A DNA stretch of 64,000 bases from Tetramitus jugosus (taxonomy: Eukaryota; Protista; Heterolobosea). The first letter of the stretch is position 1. Each line of letters starts with the position of its first letter. A model generated the notes under the pieces. It was not told the DNA's origin, did no database searches, and worked only from the letters and a program-made list of their open reading frames with translations. The stretch is from contig OW569365.1 of the NCBI GenBank assembly GCA_937625935.1, positions 248,001-312,000 on the forward strand, in the 5' to 3' direction. Both the position numbers and the translations under genes were made by a program. Positions 1 through 11,552 of this stretch are shown piece by piece.

Positions 1-97
1 GGTACCATTTGAAGTTGTTGTTTGATCGAATTTTGAGGGTTCCTTCATCTTTAGCAAAAGAAAACTACGACATGTCACGCAACGATGGATAAAATTT

Positions 98-2775
98 TTA
101 TACTGCTTCAAAGAGTTCTGCCCATTTCTTCTGCAATTCACCAAAGTCATCCACAATCTCCTGAATCTCTTTCACACGTCTCACAATTCTCAATCTCCTT
201 CCCTTGGCTTTGATGTTGAACTTTTCTTCCCACGTTGATTCACAGTCTCCACTAATCGAGAGCAAATCTTTCACAGTTTCGATGCATTCCTCCTCAAATA
301 CAGAGAAGATGGTTTCAAGTCCTTCAGGTTTGTCTTCCCCGGCCTCTGAATCCTCAGTTCCATTGGTTGTACTCTCCTTCTTGACAGGAGTAGACACTTC
401 TGTCCACCACTTGTATTCATTATTCAAATCCAAAATCCAATCTTTGGCCTTTTGCATTGCCTTCTTTGGACAATAATCGAACAGATCGGTATTCTCATCC
501 AACTTTGGACACACTTCACCAGTATAAATGTTAATGAGATCTTGTGGAGATGGTACTTCCAGATGATGATTAGGTGGGTTGATCAAATGTTCGTCCACCT
601 TACTCAACAGCTCCTCCAAAACGTCTACTCTCTTGTCAGCAGTACTTGTATAGTATCTTTGCTTGAAAATGTTGAGGAATTGTTTTAACTCCATAAAACT
701 GATATCTAACTTAGAAACAGACCCAACCAATCTCTTAACAATGACATCAGGCACATCGACAAAATGGAACTTGAATAATCTCTTGACTTCAGCTGGTGTA
801 ACAAGTTGGAAATCTGCCATAGCAGCCTTCTCGTTGCTCAAGACATCAGTAATTCTGTTTATATCAGCAGAAGCAGACACACCATTCTGAGTAAAGAGTT
901 GAGTGGAAGGCTTTGCGCCCAAGTCAAGCACTGTCTTAACTCTGTTCTTCTTGAATGCTTGAATTTGTCTTGCAAATCCAAGACGTTTCAACCACTCTTC
1001 AATTGTAACAGCCGAAATGTTACGCTCCTCCAGTGTATATTGTCGAATGCGCTTAATGAATCCATCCTTCACATTCTCAATACTACCTTCAGGATCTCTC
1101 TTGAATCTGCTAAGATGAGAAAGAATTTGAGCCATGGTCAATTGTTCTCCCTCAGTTTCAAGAGCAACACAAAATCGTTCTGCTTGCTCTTCGGTCGCGT
1201 TCTTATAGAAATGAAGGAAAGCTCCCTTCATCTGTTGTCTTGTAGCATAGGTGAACTCTACCTTGACATCGCAACGTCCAGGCCGTATCAATGCAGGATC
1301 CAGACGTTCAATATGATTGGTAGTCATAAAAAGCAGACGACCAGATTCAGGAGCAGCGATACCATCAATAGAATTAAGCAGTCCAGCAAATGTCACAGAT
1401 CTCTTGTTCTTGTTGGCATCCGGTGTGTTTCTATTCGTGAAAACAGCATCAATGTCCTCCAAAAGGATAACACTTCTTGGAGGAGCAGATTGCATTCTCT
1501 GAGCCAATTCTTCATCACCAATCAATCCACTAGACAAATCCAAGACACAGATATTGAGGTTCAATCTCGATGCAAGCGCAGAGACGAAACTGGACTTACC
1601 TATAAAAGTAAAACAACAAGCAACAGGTTAGAGACCAACAACAATACACAACCAAATAGAACAATAAAAAAATTTCAATACATACCTGTACCCGGAAGGC
1701 CATACAGGAGATATCCTCTTCTGAATGGAATTCCCTTTTCTCTGTACCACTCTTTTCTCTTCAAGAACTGAACAGCATCATCTGATAGTTTCTCTGCTAG
1801 ATCCTTGTCCAAGATCACAGATCCAAAAGGTCTCTTATTCTTTGCGAGTGCCAATGTCCAACCACCCCACTGTTGAGCCACATAGATTCTCACAACATCA
1901 CAGCTGTTGGCCATGGTTGACTTCATTGCTTCTTCAAACAAGTCCAATAGAATTTGTCGATTGCTCATCGACTTCATCGTACCAAACATGTTGAGAGACA
2001 ATGACTCAAACGAAAAGGAAGAGTTCTTGTCATATCCAGTTGAAACAGAGTCGTTGCTCTTGCTCTTTGAGAACCAAAAGAATTTTCCTCGGAATCGGAA
2101 AATGTGAAATCCATCTTCAGGTGTATACTGTACGTGAACGGCTTGACCGTCATCAAAATTATTCTGAGACCAATAGTTCATTCTCTTGATACGCACCATT
2201 TGAGCCACCAGAGAGGGAGCAGTCAAGAAAGAAGCTTCCAACTTGTCATCAAGCATCGCACTACCCGTCTTTTCTTGTTTTCCATTGAGCATATTGTGAT
2301 ACAATGTGTGTTGATTACCCAGATAGGTCATCAACCATGTGAATGCATCATCAGAGTTGTTCAAACTAATTGATGTCACAAATTGCTTCTTGACATAGTT
2401 TTGAATTTGATTGAACATCCAGTAGAAGATGCTCAGTATCGATGTCAGGACACCCAACAATCCAGTCACCAAAAACAAGTAATGTTGCTTTAGAATCAAG
2501 TTCATGAATGAGTCCTTGCTATTGTTGTTCACTGATGATGATGGCAATTTGCTGCCTTGAGTAGCAGTGGTTGTGGCAGCTGCATCATGAATATGCTTGT
2601 TGTTATTGGTTGATGTTTTGTTTGCTTCATCAATCAATTGATTCAACAGTTGATCAATGGAAGAAGACAGAGACGCATGATGCGCAATTCGGTCATAAAT
2701 AAAAGTTGCTGCAAAATAGAAACCAATCAATAGCACAGATGCAATTGACACAAACAAAATGACTCGTTTGACCAT
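98..2775 (-). CDS. BCS1-like AAA ATPase paralog A with C-terminal SAM/lid repeats; exons 2775-1686 and 1599-98, intron 1685-1600
   Basis: Splicing the 86-nt GTATGT...TTATAG intron rebuilds Walker A GYLLYGLPGTGKS. Walker B ILLEDID, SRH MTTNHIERLDPALIRPGRCD and the BCS1_N region (WLMTYL...PEDGFHIFRFRGKFFWF) are present. Start placed at the ATG of MVKRVILF. Two N-terminal hydrophobic segments. Confidence 0.88.
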
Positions 2776-3074
2776 TGTGTGATATGATGATTCTTTTGTT
2801 GTTGTTGTTGTTGTTTTGGTTTCCGAAAGTGGTTGTTTTTTAAAAGAGAGAGCTTTTGGTGTGAAATTTTGTGTTCGAACTTTCATGTGGAAGGAACTGG
2901 GTTGAGCAGAACTGGATTTCTGCCGAATAAACATGAAGTAAACAATTGCGATTTGAAGTTCACCAAAAATTTGTTCCACATTCCAGCTCTCTTTTCGACT
3001 CGTTCACATTTTTAACAACTCACCGGTGAGAGAGAATCGCAAAAACAAACAAGTCCAAAAAACAACAAAGACAG
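2776..3074. promoter_or_regulatory. Putative bidirectional promoter between the two BCS1-like paralogs
   Basis: 299-bp spacer between divergent ATGs, with A/C-rich leader-like tracts pointing outward on each strand. Confidence 0.55.
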
Positions 3075-5369
3075 ATGAACCAAACAACATTTGCATCAAA
3101 TTTTACAACATCTTCTGTTGTTGGTGGCAGTCGACTCAATGCACTTTTTTCAGTGATTGCTACAGATTTGGCGGGAAAAGTGCTCGCCAATGAATACTTG
3201 ATTACGGCGGGAATTTTTCTCATTTTCGGAGCTGTGAGCACAGTGTTCTACTATCTGTATTACTTGTTTTTGGATCTGTTTCAGAGAGCTTTCATCGTGA
3301 CGGTCACAATCGAAAACACGAGTGAATTGTTCGATTGGTTAGTGAGATGGTTGTCTGAACAGGAGCAATCCAAGAGCTTTCTGCATTCGACTACAACGAC
3401 ACTGCAAGTCTATGTCAAAAAGTTTACCACAATGGACTTTTGGGACAATATCGATGGAGATGACTCTGCAAGTACCTCGATTGAGTTGTTGCCTGGTCCA
3501 GGTGATCATATTGTTCGCTTCAAGAACAAGAATGTTTGGGTCAGTCGTGCCAACTCGTCCAAAGTCGTCACAGTTGGTCACAACAACCGTCCATTTGTCA
3601 AGGAATATCTCTCATTGTCAATTTATGGCAGAGATCACACATTGTTTACAGATTTGTTCGATGAAGCAAGAAAGATGAGCATGATGAAAGATAATGAAAA
3701 AACAAGAATTTATACATTGCACGAATATGGATACAAGTGGGTGCTTGCCAATGCAAAGGATCCAAGATCCTTTGAGAGTGTCATCCTGGACACAAACATG
3801 TCTCAGAGCATTGCTGATGATGCCACTGAGTTCCTCACATCAAAGGATTGGTATCTGTCTGTTGGTTTGCCATACAGAAGAGGTTATCTGTTGTATGGTC
3901 CTCCAGGTTGCGGTACGTACCCCTATTTTCTTCTATTTTCCTTATTGTTCTGTTTGGTTGTAAGTTTCTAACCTTGCTTGTTTTTGGATATATCTCTTAT
4001 AGGTAAGACTTCTTTTGTTAGTGCATTGGCTGCCAAGATGAACCTCAGTATTTGCTGTTTGACATTGTCAAATGACTCGCTGGATGATCAGTCATTGAAT
4101 GAGCGATTGCATGACGCGCCTGGAAATGCCATTATTCTCCTGGAAGATATTGATTCGGTGTTTATTGAGAGAAATGTAGCTGACTCACACAGCTCCAGAG
4201 TCACATTCTCTGGTTTGCTCAATTCTATTGATGGTGTTGCATCGCAAGAAGGTCGCTTGTTCTTCATGACAACTAATCATATTGAAAAGTTGGATCCTGC
4301 ATTGTTAAGACCTGGAAGATGTGATGTGCGTTGCGAATTCAAGAGAGCAAGCAAGAAACAAATTTCAGACATGTTCAGTCGTTTCTATCCTCTGTCTGAA
4401 TACAGTTTTGTGGATGAAAAATTGGTGAACAAATTGCTAAACTCAATCCCAGAGTACACTGTACCTATGGCTGCACTACAGGAACATTTTATGAGATACA
4501 GAGAAGATCCAAAGAAGGCCGTGGAACGATATCACGAAATTCTTGCTGAGACTCAGAATGATAGCAGTGATTTCCTTATCACTTCAGATGATGCTGACAA
4601 GAACACCAAGGATGAAACTTTAACACAAATTGAATCTACTCCTGAAGGCAGAAAAGAAATATTTGGAGATGAATTGTTGGTTTGGCTCACACGACTGGGC
4701 TTCAGCAAGCACATTGCCAAGTTTAGAGAAAAGAAGATTTATGACTTGTCAGATATGAAAGACATTGAGGTTGCCGATCTTGAAGAGTTTGATTTCAAGC
4801 AACTTGGTGATAGACAACGTCTGATGGGTATGTTACAGGGACGGAAGGATGTTGTGGCAGATTTTGAATACGCCACAACCTCTCAACTCGAGAAACTATT
4901 TCTGATCCAATTCCAGAATGATACTCAATCAGAAAAATTGTCTGCTCAATTTGTCGCTGCGCTCAATGGTGTTGCGGTGAGTATTCACCAAGTGAAGGAC
5001 CATTTATTCCAGCATGCAAACGACATTCAAGCAGCAGTCGATTCTGTTTCAATTCTCAGAAACCCACCTCAATCCATTGAGGATGACGAGAAGGTGAAGA
5101 AAATCTTTGACAAGGACATGTCGATTCGTGAATGGATGACGTCGGCAGGACCAAAGCATCTTGCATCACTTGGCACTGAACTCAAGGAGCAAATCATTAA
5201 CAATTTTGCTGCAGAAGAGATCATTACTCTGGAGGACCTTTTGGAGCTGAGTATGCCATCAGACCTGAAGGGAATTGCCAAGGTGGAAAAGAAGGGCAGT
5301 ATTCTGGCCTTTGAGCGAGCTCTCGAAGAGTTGAAGAAGAGCAAAGAAAAGGTTCAAGCGGAGAACTGA
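3075..5369 (+). CDS. BCS1-like AAA ATPase paralog B with C-terminal SAM/lid repeats; exons 3075-3912 and 4003-5369, intron 3913-4002
   Basis: Splicing the 90-nt GTACGT...TTATAG intron rebuilds GYLLYGPPGCGKT. Also ILLEDID, VTFSGLLNSIDG, LDPALLRPGRCD, BCS1_N (LFDWLVRWL, PGPGDHIVRFKNKNVWVSR) and one N-terminal TM helix. Confidence 0.9.
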
Positions 5370-5775
5370 ACTTGAGCGCGATTGGCCCCTGAGCGTTTTA
5401 CCAATAAAATACTCCCGCCGAAACGGGCCTTGAATCCGGAGTTCGAGACAAAATACGTGTTGCGGGTATCAAAATCTCATTGTAAAGCTTGCCTTTTGAC
5501 CCGATTCGTCAAGAGGCGATTTCTTCACCCGTAAAACACGTAAAAAGCCCAAACAACAACCCCGCCTCCAACCTCCAGTGCGAACCAACTCATCCACAAA
5601 CCATTCGACACTTAAAAAACGAGTAAACTCTCTTTTTCGCTGTCGTGTTTTTCTTTATATCGTGTAGTAACTACCATCACCCTTACTAGCACAATTCAAT
5701 TACTACTTACTACTCACAGTACTCTGTACAGAACACACACATATAAGTTATTACTACTTGTAATTCATCATCACC

Positions 5776-8124
5776 ATGTTTAGCCAATTATTGTACGGCA
5801 ATGGTGGTAACACCAACCACCCTCATCACTCTCCAACTCCACAGCAGCAATCTCAACCAGCTCAACCGCAGCAATCTCATCACGCAACTGCTGATGGCAC
5901 TCACTTGTTTGCATTGGACAACAGTCATCCTCATCATCAATTGCTCAGTCAAGCTCTTTCTCTGCAGGAACAGCAACAGCATGTGATGAATTTGATGTTG
6001 CAGAGCTATGCTCTCTCTGGTCATCATCTCCCGCATCCTCATGCGCATCATTCCCCTCATCACCCGCATGCGCATCACCCCCATTCGCATCACTCATCAT
6101 CTCCTCACTCCAATGATGGCAGTCCAGTGAACAACAGCACTTCACCATCATCTTCATCACAACCATTCTTACCCTCTCTTGTACATACATTGCCTGAGCA
6201 CAAGACTAGCACTGCTGTTGACACAACTTCTGCTGCTACTTCTCCCAGTAACAACAGCAGCAACAACAATAGCTCTCACAACAGCAACAGCAGCAGCATT
6301 TTGGTGTTGAGTGATGAAGATGTCGAATTCCTATCACAGTCCCATGCACCAGACTATGTCAATGATAGAAGTCACCCATCTACTGCTGCCGCATCTGCTG
6401 CGACCACTACTTCTATGGATGGAATTGTGTCTCAGTGTGTTCCACAACAGTACCACCAGGCAACAAACCATCAACGGTCGCCTCATTCTCAACCATTGAC
6501 TAATAGCAATGAACCATTCAATTCAGCCACACCTGGTATCATTCATGAACAGTTCAATTTTGACACTGTTCCCAACAATTTCCTGTCTGTGATTCAAGAG
6601 AAGCAAAGAATCTTGCAAAAGAGAGAAGAAATGCAAGAAGAGCATCAAGCGGCTCAGAAGCAAAGAGATTCTCGCAAGTCGTCATCCTCTTCCAGTAGTG
6701 GAAGTGAACGAATGGCCTCTCCAGAGTCCTCCTCTCAATCCTCTTATGGTGGTGATTCTCCTCAAAGGTCCAATACTCCACTTCAAGAATCCTCTCCTTC
6801 CAAGGCTCCTGCCAACAGAAAGAGATCCAGAGCTCAAGTCGAAAGCGACCAAGTTGAGCTCGAAAAATTGTTGACTGTTCCTGAGAAGGAAAGAACAGAA
6901 CAACAAAAGAAGACCATTTTGAAGTTGCGCAACAGACAGACTGCCAAGAGATCTCGCGACAGAAAAAAGCTTGAATTTGAAGCCACCATTGAAGAGAACA
7001 AGAAACTTGTTCAATCCAACAAGCAATTGGCTGATCAAGTGAAGAAGCTCAAGAATGAGAATGAAGAGCTCAAGAGAACCGTTGATTTGTTGACCAAGGG
7101 CCACCATGGAGCCATGGCTGCCGCTGCTCTTCACCACCATCATCACCAACAACAGCAGCAACAACAACGCCCTGCTTACTTGACTCCTCAGGGCAACATG
7201 GTTGACTCTCCAGACTCTTTTGTCACATTGACTGTTGCAGATGACAATGTACCTCACCAAGAAGATGATATTGAGCAAATGATGAATGGTGAGTTTGACT
7301 ACTTGAACCACACTGATCCAATGGGTCAACCAAAGGGATTTCAGGCCTTCTCTCCTCTATTCACCTTCCAGAACGAGTCTACCAATCATCCAAACAAGAA
7401 GAGCAAGATGTTTATGCTTGTGTTCTTTGTCGCATGCATCTGCTGCTTCTTCATTGGAACTACATTGGTCAACGAGTTGCCATCTCATGCCATTTTGATG
7501 AATGCCAACAAGAGCTCTCCAAAGCGCCACAAGGAAGTTCGTTTGTTGAACACTCATCTCTACAAGCACACTTACATTCCACAGAATCCATCCACTTCAT
7601 TCGATGATGCTATCAAGAACATTATCACTCAACATCAAGACCTTCAACAATCATCATCAGCATTGCCAGCAACAAATGTTGCATCTACCACCACTGTCAA
7701 GACTCTTTCTGAATCTGCCTCCTCCAACACAAAGCAAGCTCCAGTTGCCATTGAAGTTGTTGAAGAGGTTGTGGAGGAATTGGTTGAAGAGATTGTTGAA
7801 GTCAAGGACGATGAGGAAGTTGATATCAAGGACCAATTGGAAATCTCCAACAACCACAAGAACAACATGATGTCTAATGTTGATGTCCATGTGAATCCTG
7901 ACTTGAATCAGTGGCTACAGGAGCAACTCAAGGTCTCATCCTCTGATTCAGTTCCTGTCATGGTCAAGTTTGACATCAATGACAAGACATCTGCATTCAT
8001 TCTCACATCCATGGACAAGAACTTCACTGAGGAACAACAGAAACTCTTTGTTTCCCAGTACAAGACCTCATTGATCTCTGACATGCGTGGCGTTTGTCCT
8101 AGACCATTGAAACTCATCCAATAA
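5776..8124 (+). CDS. Membrane-tethered bZIP transcription factor (ATF6/CREB3/bZIP28-like topology)
   Basis: Basic region KLRNRQTAKRSRDRKK plus heptad zipper, then a single TM segment MFMLVFFVACICCFFIGTTLV and a C-terminal domain of about 210 aa. Confidence 0.85.
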   Translation: MFSQLLYGNGGNTNHPHHSPTPQQQSQPAQPQQSHHATADGTHLFALDNSHPHHQLLSQALSLQEQQQHVMNLMLQSYALSGHHLPHPHAHHSPHHPHAHHPHSHHSSSPHSNDGSPVNNSTSPSSSSQPFLPSLVHTLPEHKTSTAVDTTSAATSPSNNSSNNNSSHNSNSSSILVLSDEDVEFLSQSHAPDYVNDRSHPSTAAASAATTTSMDGIVSQCVPQQYHQATNHQRSPHSQPLTNSNEPFNSATPGIIHEQFNFDTVPNNFLSVIQEKQRILQKREEMQEEHQAAQKQRDSRKSSSSSSSGSERMASPESSSQSSYGGDSPQRSNTPLQESSPSKAPANRKRSRAQVESDQVELEKLLTVPEKERTEQQKKTILKLRNRQTAKRSRDRKKLEFEATIEENKKLVQSNKQLADQVKKLKNENEELKRTVDLLTKGHHGAMAAAALHHHHHQQQQQQQRPAYLTPQGNMVDSPDSFVTLTVADDNVPHQEDDIEQMMNGEFDYLNHTDPMGQPKGFQAFSPLFTFQNESTNHPNKKSKMFMLVFFVACICCFFIGTTLVNELPSHAILMNANKSSPKRHKEVRLLNTHLYKHTYIPQNPSTSFDDAIKNIITQHQDLQQSSSALPATNVASTTTVKTLSESASSNTKQAPVAIEVVEEVVEELVEEIVEVKDDEEVDIKDQLEISNNHKNNMMSNVDVHVNPDLNQWLQEQLKVSSSDSVPVMVKFDINDKTSAFILTSMDKNFTEEQQKLFVSQYKTSLISDMRGVCPRPLKLIQ

Positions 8125-8566
8125 TTGATATTTGACACTCATGGATTGGAATTAACTTGACAAAGAACTTGTATGAAGACCTGTGCTTTCACCAGTTACA
8201 GGCCTGCTCTCTCGGCAGATGGAAGAAGAGAACAATTGTGGCAACCGTGTTGCACGAATACATTGTCATGGGTTCAACACTGCTGCAGCACTGTATGTTG
8301 TTTCTCTCTTGAATAAAATAACAAACACACAATAGTGGAATGATACAACATACTTCTTCTATTCCAACAACAACAAGACTGATTCGACAAGTGAAACACA
8401 AAGTTCACAACTTCTGTAGCTACCGACCGTCGCAACTCCAAACATCACCGCTCATCTTTCACCCGTCAACAAAAAAAAAGCTCTGCAAAAAAACAGAAGA
8501 AATCAACAAAATCCAAACAAACACACATACACAAACAGACAACAACACCATCAACATTCATCAACA

Positions 8567-9553
8567 ATGGCAAGTGTTGTCAACATTGAAAAGTGTATCG
8601 AGAGATTAGAGGACGGACATATCCTCTCTGAATTCGAAGTCAAATTCATCACTGAAAAAGTCAAGGAACTATTGTTGGAGGAGGCCAACGTACAAAACGT
8701 CAAATCACCCGTCACCATTGTCGGTGACGTCCATGGTCAATTCTACGACGTTCAAGAAATGTTCCGTGTAGGCGGAAAAATACCAAACACCAATTATTTG
8801 TTTTTGGGTGATTATGTCGACAGGGGTCATTACAGTGTAGAGACGATATCGTTGCTCACGTGTTACAAGCTGAGATACCCACAGAGAATTACAATGCTCA
8901 GGGGCAACCATGAATCCAGAGCCATCACTCAGACGTATGGCTTTTATCAGGAATGTATGAAAAAGTATGGCAATGCCAACGTGTGGAACTATTTTACGGG
9001 CATGTTCGACTATTTGACAGTGGCAGCGTTGATTGATGGTAAAATCTTTTGTGTGCACGGTGGATTGTCTGTCAACATTACCACGTTGGACCAGATTCGT
9101 GTGCTCGAGAGGTTCAAGGAAGTGCCGAGTGAGGGACCGTTGGCCGATCTGTTGTGGAGTGATCCGGATCCGACGAGAGACGAACATGGCATATCGAACA
9201 GAGGTGCCGGTATTTTGTTTGGAGGCAACATGGTGAGACGATTCTTGCACAACAACAAGGTGGATCACATGGCAAGAGCGCATCAATTGTGCATGGAAGG
9301 TTATCAAGTATTGTTTGATGGCATGTTGAGCACAGTGTGGAGCGCTCCCAACTATTGTTATCGATGTGGTAATATTGCGAGTGTGATGGAAGTGAACACG
9401 AATTTGGACAAGTTTTATAACACGTTTAGCTCTGCACCGGACAAGCTGAGAAAACCAGTGAACGGCACCAATGGAAAGAAGGTGGGCAGCAACAATTTGT
9501 TGAATGATCCATTTGGTGACATACTGGGAGATCCAGTCGACTACTTTTTGTAA
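8567..9553 (+). CDS. PPG1: PP2A-family Ser/Thr phosphatase catalytic subunit, PPG1-like
   Basis: GDVHGQ, GDYVDRG, RGNHE, HQLCMEGY, TVWSAPNYCYRCGN and C-terminal VDYFL. The family is certain; the subfamily is judged by recalled similarity. Confidence 0.85.
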   Translation: MASVVNIEKCIERLEDGHILSEFEVKFITEKVKELLLEEANVQNVKSPVTIVGDVHGQFYDVQEMFRVGGKIPNTNYLFLGDYVDRGHYSVETISLLTCYKLRYPQRITMLRGNHESRAITQTYGFYQECMKKYGNANVWNYFTGMFDYLTVAALIDGKIFCVHGGLSVNITTLDQIRVLERFKEVPSEGPLADLLWSDPDPTRDEHGISNRGAGILFGGNMVRRFLHNNKVDHMARAHQLCMEGYQVLFDGMLSTVWSAPNYCYRCGNIASVMEVNTNLDKFYNTFSSAPDKLRKPVNGTNGKKVGSNNLLNDPFGDILGDPVDYFL

Positions 9554-9741
9554 CATGTTCTTTTTGGTCCACATGTGGCACGTCATGTGTGTATGATGTC
9601 ACTGCGGTTTCTCTAGGAGACACTAGTCAGGAAATCATGTAGTTTCAGGTCACATCACATGCATGCACACACAACACCGTCCCTTATTTATTAGTAAAAC
9701 TATTGTGAAGTATAAGTTAAACGACTCGAACTGGTTTATTA

Positions 9742-11484
9742 TTATGTTTGCGCTCCTTGTTGATTGTTTGCTACGCCTGGTTGTCTCGGAGGGAAAAAGG
9801 GGGAGATTGATCCTCGTGCAATACCACGTCTTATAGGTGGTTCAGTGGTGGCTACCCGGGTCAAGCGAATAGGACTCGCGGTGCTGATTTTTGCATTACC
9901 TCGCTCATGGAGCTTGAATATTGAAACATCCGCAGACTGAGAGCTGCTCATAGTATTTGTATTCCGTGGTGGTGTATTCTCCACTCCGATCGTTACTGGC
10001 TTTTTCTCGTGGTAAATCATCTGATTTTGGTCTGAATACCGAAACGAAGTTGTAGGCTCTCTGAGAGCTTCTGCAAGATTCTCAACCTTTGGATATCGAG
10101 GATGTGGATGAGGAGAAGGTGCTTTGTTCAAATATGTCACATAAGGAGAAACCTCTTTGGGAAATGGATACTGTGGCTTTTGCTTGTCAATTGAATTCGT
10201 TCTCTCTTGAGGCGAATGTCTCCTTATGGGACTTGGTGATCCAAAAGAATATTCTGGAACAGGTGGAGTTCGCATTGGAACAGGAGGTGAGGTTGTTTTA
10301 CCAGCTGTATGAAATCGAGGAGTAACCGTAGAATCATCTGCATTGGACTCATCTGTAGGAATATGGAAGGTTCGAGTGGATAGTAGAGCTGGTGTGGGCT
10401 GATCCAAGACTTGATTATCAAGCTCCTGATTCATTTTGCTTACTTGTTCTCGTAACTCTGCCTTCTCTTTCTCACTATCAATTTTAAATTGGTCAAACTC
10501 CCTCCTTGTTCTGTCCGCTTCAGCTCTCGACGCAGTAAGAGCCAACTCGAGCGTTCGAAGTTTTTCTTCTAGTTCTCTCTGACTCTCTTCTAACTTAAAT
10601 ATCTTTCCTTTGCCCTGCTCCACTTGCGATTCGTATTCAATCAACTTCAATCGTAAGGTAATGTCTGCATGCTCGTTGTCCAACTTTTTAATATTCTGCT
10701 CAAACTGATGTTTCTCTATTCGATCTGAAGATCCATTAAAATCAATATCGGCTAATGCTTCACTCCAAGCTTCTCCAGATGACATGTTTAAATCAAAGTC
10801 TATTGCAGGTTTCGATATGATAATACTTTTGTCGTCCTCTGAGATTGATGTGTTCTGTCGATTATCTAAAACATCATCTCTTCCAAAGTTCATCAGACCG
10901 TCTTGCATAAATTGTTCTTCATCAAGTGAAAATATGATATCAATAGGATTAGGTTCGGAAATATTCAGTGGTTCGTCACTGGCTTTCGTTATGATGGGAC
11001 TAACAGTTCTCATCCGACTGACAGGAGCAGACTTTGGCCGTGGAGGAGTTGTTTGTTTTCGTACCTGGGTCTTCGACGAGCCGCCCTCTAGCTCTCTTCT
11101 GGCAACATCCAAGTTCTTTGATTGCATTGACCTTTTCTTGCTCATCTGATGTCATGAAATACAGATAAAATGAGAAATTTAGTAATCTAGCCACGAACGT
11201 TAAGATGGTTTGAGAGAAACTTACAATCTGCTTGGGGGAGAGCTTAAAGACCGAAAGGTCATGAATCGAGTTCTACAAATACGTAGTTTAGTGAGTTCTA
11301 ATTGTTCTAAATGGTTCCCATAAATGCATCGAGGGTAACTTACATCCCAAGCTGGTTTTGTTCCTCTCTTTGGATTGGAAGGAGAAAACAGCAAACTCGT
11401 GCTCACTTTTGACTTGCTCTTCTTCTTCTTTATATGATTAAAGGTATTGCTAGTAACTGGGCTTACATTAGGTGAATGTCTCAT
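9742..11484 (-). CDS. SPICE1-like (spindle and centriole-associated) coiled-coil protein; exons 11484-11344, 11272-11225, 11145-9742
   Basis: Two GTAAGT...AG introns (11343-11273, 11224-11146) give KPAWDNSIHDLSVFKLSPKQIMSKKRSMQSKN, which resembles the SPICE1 N-terminal WDNTVTDLTVH...KSKN motif. Central coiled coil. Confidence 0.65.
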
Positions 11485-11552
11485 TCTTCTTTATCTCCGG
11501 AGCTATTCTTCACTTGATCTCTCGTGTGTAATGATGAAAAGAGCATGAACTT

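Noticed and set aside
806-1771. 321-aa + strand ORF
   Set aside because: Antisense shadow of BCS1-like paralog A with no motifs.
2776-2979. N-terminal extension of the ORF-track protein (MEQIFG...)
   Set aside because: It begins at a non-ATG codon and runs through promoter/leader-like sequence. The ATG at 2775 is preferred, although upstream in-frame ATGs cannot be fully excluded.
5401-5419. CCAAT-N9-CCGCC resembling an ERSE upstream of the bZIP gene
   Set aside because: It mismatches CCACG and overlaps the likely AATAAA poly(A) signal of the upstream gene.
6682-7329. 215-aa minus-strand ORF
   Set aside because: Antisense to the bZIP CDS.
8705-9586. 293-aa minus-strand ORF
   Set aside because: Antisense mirror of the phosphatase, explained by codon bias.
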